Source of the DNA: Octopus sinensis
Lineage: Eukaryota
DNA length: 64,000 nucleotides
NCBI RefSeq assembly: GCF_006345805.1
Contig: NW_021835953.1
Location: 1 to 64,000 of the forward strand
Direction: 5' to 3'
Below the pieces are notes generated by a model. The model worked only from the letters and a program-made list of their open reading frames with translations, was not told where the DNA came from and did not search any database. Of the stretch, positions 57,685-64,000 are shown one piece after another (the first letter of the stretch is position 1; every line of letters begins with the position of its first letter). Made by a program: the position numbers and the translations under genes.

Positions 57685-59215
57685 GTAAGATAATCTTTGG
57701 GGCTCTGTTTGTTGTCTTGTTGACCTTATTGTGTGGAATAATGTGCTTCAAGCTTTCGTGTAGACCCAGGTACTTCATAATGGGACAGATTTATGATAGG
57801 TGTTCCTGGGGTCTTTTCTTTGTGAGAGTATATCTATCACTACATCCACTAAATATTGTCTTTATCTAATTTTAAGATGTCACACTTCAAGATGTCTGTC
57901 AGGATACGTTGTTTAGGTACGTACCCTGAATGTCTCTTTAGATACGTACCCTGAATTATAAGAAATTAACAAGATTAAAAATCAAATCTCTAAGAGTATA
58001 AGTATAATGATCATTAACGTTGATTAAATATTAAATTTAGTATTGAACGGTGAACATCCGTTTGCATTTAAACAAAATATTGGTGTTGACATAAATTATA
58101 AAGATAGGAATTAAATATGAGTTCCCTGTGTGACTTGATCTCACAAATCCTTGTTTGTAACAATATATAATATACATTTGTTACATTGTTTGAACAACAT
58201 TTACCATCCATATAGTCATTCTTTTTCTCACTCTTGTTAGATTTTAGATGATATTAATGCTAAAAGAGGCACAGTTTTCTGAGCGTTTCACCCTTTGGTC
58301 TTGATTGTTGCGTTCAAATTATTTAATGAAAGTTAGTCATTGTTATTTGACCAGGAAATGAATTAATCATTAGTATTTGGCAGTGGACTTGGTTATATCT
58401 TTCTTCGTTTGCTCATGGAACTACCATAATATTAGCTGTACTGAGACACAATCATATTCATTGTAATGAAGGTTATACGTTCTTTACTCAGATTATATAC
58501 AATCTATATTGATATCTAGTATTGCACCGTCAAGCACAGTGCCATTGTATCACATATATACCTAATTATCATGATAATTAATAAGCTATAATTCATTAAC
58601 TCTCTTACATTTGTATGTCTGAAATGTAAACATATTTTGTCATAGGAACATCGTGTACCCTCACCTTACATTTTATATCTTGTTAGGGATCATGTTGGGG
58701 AAGGGTGTATGCAATTTGGCTTGTGGAGATGATTTTTAGGGGACAGATTGTGTGCGGGCTGGAGGGTATGCCCATAAAGGACATATCTTTATGGGCTCAG
58801 TTTCACTTAATTAGAGAGGAATGTTGATTAGTGAATTCTAGAGATGAGAGGACAGTGCCATGCCATGCCATGATTTATAAGAAAAGAAAGACGAAGCTAA
58901 GAGAAAACTGTCATCAAGTGTTAATTAAACGAGATAATTGCAACATTGTTAGAATATTTAATGTGTTTTTAGAGAGAGAGAGAGAGAGAGAGAGGGGTGG
59001 ATTTAGAAATGTTAGTCTGTTTTATTGTGGACATATTGGGCTATTACATGAGACCACTGTAGAAAGTACAGAAATATTGATCAAAACCATAATGGTCAAC
59101 TGTTGACCAATAACGACAGGAATTGAATGTCTCACAATAACAAGATAGAGTTTAATAAAAATAAAGATAAAGAAAGTTTATTATTAAATGTAAAACTTGG
59201 AAATATTTATTTCAG

Positions 59216-59322
59216 GGGCTCCAAAGTCTGAGGACAGGTGTGTACGAACAGAGGCTACATGTCAGGAATTAGAGGCTGCATCTCAGGCAATTGCTGAGTA
59301 TAAAATAATAGTTCCCAATTGA
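59216..59322 (+). CDS. Candidate downstream exon, duplicate A (GAPKSEDRCVRTEATCQELEAASQAIAEYKIIVPN*), donor lost, reads into stop
   Basis: TTTCAG acceptor in phase 1; paralogous to 60125-60181; ATTG|CTGAGT replaces ATTG|GTGAGT. Confidence 0.45.
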
Positions 59323-59544
59323 TTTCTGTAAGGTTTACTTCCCGGGAGTATATTGTGCTTGAAAGAATAACTGAAAACAGCTTCCTTTCCTAATTTCCAA
59401 TTGAACGATTATCTGAATAATAATTGAATTAAAGATATCGATTTACTGAGAGTTTATGAAATACCCATTGAGGTTAATGCTGTTGGTAATAATGTTCAAA
59501 TTAGAAGACACAATAGAGTTAATATTGTCATTTGGTCACAGAAC

Positions 59545-59592
59545 TCATCATCATCATCATCATCATCATCCTCCTCCTCCTCCTCCTCCTCC

Positions 59593-59630
<38 letters not shown>

Positions 59631-59950
59631 GTTTAACGTCCGTTTTTATAGTAGCATGGGTCGGACGATTTCACTGGCAAGGCAGTCGGCTGCGCCAGGC
59701 TCCAATGTGATCTGGCAAGGTTTCCACATATGTATGCCGTTCCTAATGCTAACCACTCCGAGAGTGTGGTGGGTGCTTTTTACGTGCCACCGACACAGGA
59801 GCCAGTTGAGGTGGGAGCTGGCATCGACCACGTTCGGATGGTGCTTTTTACGTGCCATCGGCACAGGGAACCAGTCAGGCGGAACTGGTAACAAACCACG
59901 CTTGAATGGTACTTATTACGTGCCGGTCAGGCGGCACTGGCATCGGCCAT
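59545..59950 (-). mobile_element. Retroelement 3' end with (GAT)n tail (RTE-type or SINE) separating the duplicated exon blocks
   Basis: Minus strand ...CCCATGC...CGGACGTTAAACGATGATGATG. Confidence 0.6.
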
Positions 59951-60124
59951 AATTACAATTTCCATTTTGATTTATATCTTGTTTTGATTTTGATTTGTGA
60001 TTTCTGGTTTTTGGTTTTACTGGACTCAAAGGAATTGAATGTCTCACAACAAGACAGAGTTTATTTAAAATAACGATAAAGAAATTCTATTATTAATTCT
60101 AAAACTTGGAAATATTTATTTCAG

Positions 60125-60181
60125 AGTCTCCAAAGTCTGAGGACAAATGTGTACAAACAGAGGTGGCATCTGAGGAAATTG
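60125..60181 (+). CDS. Candidate downstream exon, duplicate B (ESPKSEDKCVQTEVASEEI), symmetric phase 1-1, 57 nt
   Basis: TTTCAG acceptor, GTGAGT donor, open frame matching the phase-1 end of the RING exon. Confidence 0.55.
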
Positions 60182-61479
60182 GTGAGTATTAAATAACAGC
60201 TGCCAATTGATTTCTATAAGTTTTACTTCCCCTGGCCATATTGTGCTTCAAAGAATAACTGAAAACAGGATACATTCCGACTTTACGATTGAAAGATTAA
60301 CTGTATAATAGTTCTATTAAAGATATCGATATTATGGAAAGTTTATGGAATAACCATTGAGGTTAGCACTGTTGGTAATAATGTTCAAATTAGAAGACAC
60401 AATAGAGTTCATTCTGTCATTTGATTACGAAACTAATAATGCTGTTTAACCCTTAACTTCCAAATTTTTATTCATACTTTTTGGCTTTGCCTGGTGTCTC
60501 AGGAGTTAAAAATCATATATAGTATTTCAATTTTCTTCATATGTGAATTATTTTGGAAATTATGATAATTGTTTCGATAAGTCCCAAATGGGGATCTCTG
60601 AGAAAAAGCATATTTATCCTTTTCTATTCAATTGCAATAATAAAGATTTTAGTTTTTCTGAAACTATAGTATCAAATGCGAATGTGTATGAAATATCAAT
60701 GAATGATATAGAAGGGAAATGCAAAAATAAAAGAAAGAACTTTTCAAAACAGTCGATATTTTGTAGTTCAAAAGTTGCGATTTATGATAATTAAAGTTAA
60801 TAATGACAAATTTTGACGACTATATATTGTTAAACACATCTCTGCAAATGCAATGTAAGCAAGCAATTCACTTAAAATACAACGAACAACCGGCAGTGAA
60901 ACTATTTTTATTAGATTCTCAAATGGGGCTCATGGCAGGCCATGGGTTAAGTGTAAGCAGGAGAATTATGATTTTGTTTGTTTTTCATTCTTACTGTTTA
61001 TGGATAGGCAGTTATTGTTATTGTTGTTGTTTAGGCAGATGTCTCTCATAATCTAGCAGAGTTACAATGAAATTTATTCCAACTGTGAACATAATATCTT
61101 TTTTCACTGAAAGTAAATCTAGCATTACATGCACTAAACGTTGTCTTTGTCCAAGAAGAAGACTTTGGTTTCCTGCTGAGACAACCATTGTCTCACTCTC
61201 TTCAGGATAAATATTTGCTGCAAGATACAATACAATAAATGACATCGTCCTCATCATTTATCATCTGATTTCCATCCTCCTATCAATTGGATGGATGGAT
61301 GGATGGATGGCCACTATCCAAGTCAGTTCTTATTCAGAATTACTACCCACCGTCATTGGTTGAGGAACACATCTCACTACAACATTCCGACTTTTCCATG
61401 GTGGTATGTCTTTCCAAACACCAACCACATTCTACATTTTATTGTACCCAAAAACCCTAGAAAGATTGTTTGGTCTTCA

Positions 61480-62830
61480 AGAATATTAAACTTCCATTTC
61501 TAACTTATGCAAATAAATATCAGACACATTGGCAGAAGAAACGAGAGTAAGCAAATTAGAGAAGAGATCCTTAAGAACCCTTATGAGGTTACTAGGAAAC
61601 TGTTTGCAGATACTAAATATGGTAGGGGAAAATATACTGAAAATGGACTGGATGGCCATATACAGGAGACCTACAGTGACCCAAAGTGAGATCAACCATT
61701 CCTACTTGTGGAAAGTTTGAAATTACCATCGAAAGCAGCAATCATATATTTCAGCTTGGTTGATTTCAGCAAGAGGAAAGAGCGCCCCAGAAGGTGTTTG
61801 TATACCATATAAAGACAAAGTGTACAAGTACTGTACGCAATTATGTTATAAGCTTTAGTTTCCATTTAGAGTGTTATAGCATAAAAATGAACTGTTGATG
61901 CCTGGTGCAAGGCAGAAGAGTTTAATTAACAAAAGAAGCTAAAGTAAAATTTATTGGTCAATTCAGACCAATTTCAATCCAGATTGTAGATGACAAGATT
62001 TACATGGATTTACTTGCTAAAGGGATCAGCTACATATCTACAAAATCCTGTCTATAGAACGGAAAATGTCCAGAAGGCTGACATCTCCGGAATTTGTGGG
62101 TGTGTGGAACAGGCATTTTCAATCTGGGATGCACACAAGACAGACAGGAGAGTAAAAAGGAGTTGAATGTTGTATGGTTTGATCTGGCTAATGCTTCTGG
62201 TTCTGTACCACTCAGTAGATAGCTCCAATCAGTTGATGAAAGGAATGGACTTCTTTTATATACTGGAAAATATTATCTGATGAAGAGCTGCTATAACAAT
62301 TTCAAAATGCAGTTCATGGCAGAAAATTTCACAACAGAGTGGGATCGTCTTGAAATTGAAATACCTGTAGGTTGCACAATATCGGTCATTTGAGCTTGTT
62401 ATGGAGAAGCTACTTAGATCAGCAGATTGATCAGAAGAAATGGCTCAAGTGAAATCACCTGAGAAGGCATTAATTGATGATATAACAATAATAACAAGAG
62501 AGTAAAATGATATACAAATCGTCCTGGATAGACTGGATGGACTAATTACTTGGTCAAGAGTGTGGTTTAAAGCTAATAAGTAATACAGTCTGTCAGTTGT
62601 CAAAGGTCATCAGAAGAAGTTCAAAATAGCAGGTGAAACCATGTCAAAGGTTGAAAAGAAACCTGTAAAATGTTTAGGACAATGGTACACTACCTCATTG
62701 TCCAATAAGAGTAGAGGCATTGAGATCATGGCAGAAAGAGAGGATGGGTTATAAGCAATAGATAGGTGAGGACGTCTCGGAAAAAACAAGATTTGCGTCC
62801 AGTTTGATCTATATCTCCGTCTTGCGTATA
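61480..62830 (+). mobile_element. Degraded RT region of an RLE-type (HERO-like) non-LTR retrotransposon
   Basis: ILKNPYEVTRKLF, TYSDP, GQFRPISI, LNVVWFDLANASGSVP, ALIDDITI; many stops. Confidence 0.75.
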
Positions 62831-63049
62831 TATTCTTGAGCATCCGTTCTTGTGTACCATTTCAGATATTTTTCACCGCCATAACGTGTGGATAATTAGT
62901 TATATGAAGTTAATGAGGTTTGTACAAATGTAGAGTGTAGCGTGTAAAATCTAGCATGCATTAATTTCAACACTTCTTATTAATAACTGCACTTTTTGAT
63001 TCCATGTAAATTGATAACTGAATGTTCAAAGAAGACTTGTAATGTGACT

Positions 63050-64000
63050 AGTAGCGACCTTTTTTGAAAATGAACAAAATATGACATCGTGCAGAAAAAA
63101 GGGTTTATTCCCCAAGGGCGAGAATGCTGACATGGTTGCTATATTAGGTGATGACACTCCAACTTTATCAACTGTGCAAAAGTGGACAGTTGAATTTAGG
63201 AGGCGAACTGAGAGTATTGAAAAGGACCCAATGTCTGGACGTCCTGCTACTTTCACCACCGAGGAAAACATTTAACATTTTCACCGCATGGTGATGGATG
63301 ACGGGTGATTGACTATAAATCAAATAGCCAATGGTATTAGCATTTTCCGTGACATATTTGAGAATATTCTGCACTAGGCATGACAATGGTTTCTGTTTGG
63401 TGGGTGCCACGTCTTCTGAGACCTGATCAAAAGCACACTAGGCTGATCACATTCTTCTAAAATCCGACATTGCTTGAAGCAGACTCAGCTGAATTCCTTG
63501 AACCATTCTTAAGCTACGATGAGTGTTGGATTAAACACTTTGAGCCTCGGACAAAAAGATAATCCATGCAGTAGAAACACACGTCTTTACCTGTTCCAAG
63601 GAAGGCCAACATCGTTTCATCTGCATGGAAGTGGATAGTCTCAGGTTTTTGTGATACAAAAGGCATTGTGTTTATTGACTAATTTCAGAAGGGCTCTACC
63701 ATCAATGGGGGGAATTGTACCATCTTACTGAAGCAGTTACAAAAGACTATCGAGACCAAATGCCCCGGGAAACTAATGCAAAGGGTTTCGTATCATCAAG
63801 ACAATGCCCCAGCACATACGTCCTTGCCTTCAATGGCTGTTGAGCATGGCCCTGGTTTTGAACTAGTTGATCACCTTCCTTCTTCCCCCGATTTACCCCC
63901 TTCTGACTATCGTTTGTCCATCAACTTTCAAAAATACTCGGTTGGGAATCGTCATCGTAATGATGATGAAATTATATCGTCTGTTGATGAATTATTTTAG
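63050..64000 (+). mobile_element. Mariner transposase pseudogene, continues beyond the window
   Basis: STVQKW..EFRR...SGRP, WVPRLL, YHQDNAPAH, HLPSSPDLPPSDY; frameshifts and stops. Confidence 0.92.

Overview
Intron-rich eukaryotic genomic DNA: AT-rich and saturated with (TA)n, (CA)n, (TATC)n and (GAT)n microsatellites. The tRNA-derived SINE family and repeat landscape look like Octopus/coleoid cephalopod (inference from recalled repeat sequences, not a database search). Most long ORFs in the supplied track are microsatellite artefacts. Left half (1-33 kb): a patchwork of three partial copies of a segmental duplication, several Penelope-like retroelements (PLEs), a nearly complete CR1-type LINE, RTE fragments and SINEs. 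Right half: one spliced + strand gene (at least 8 coding exons, 33730-57684, plus candidate downstream exons) encoding about 8 ankyrin repeats followed by a RING finger. The RING has Asp in place of the His ligand, and exon 7 is one base short (A8 run). Its introns and flanks carry RLE-type LINE remnants, SINEs, a MITE, mariner remnants, a 2.45-kb polypurine tract and a duplicated exon. The most striking hidden layer, found by folding by eye, is ten type I hammerhead ribozyme motifs from six unrelated sequence families. They occur as a tandem ~357-nt array, as outward-facing inverted pairs, and at PLE 3' ends, almost all adjoining (TA)n tracts. Repeat boundaries are approximate; exon and ribozyme coordinates were counted base by base.
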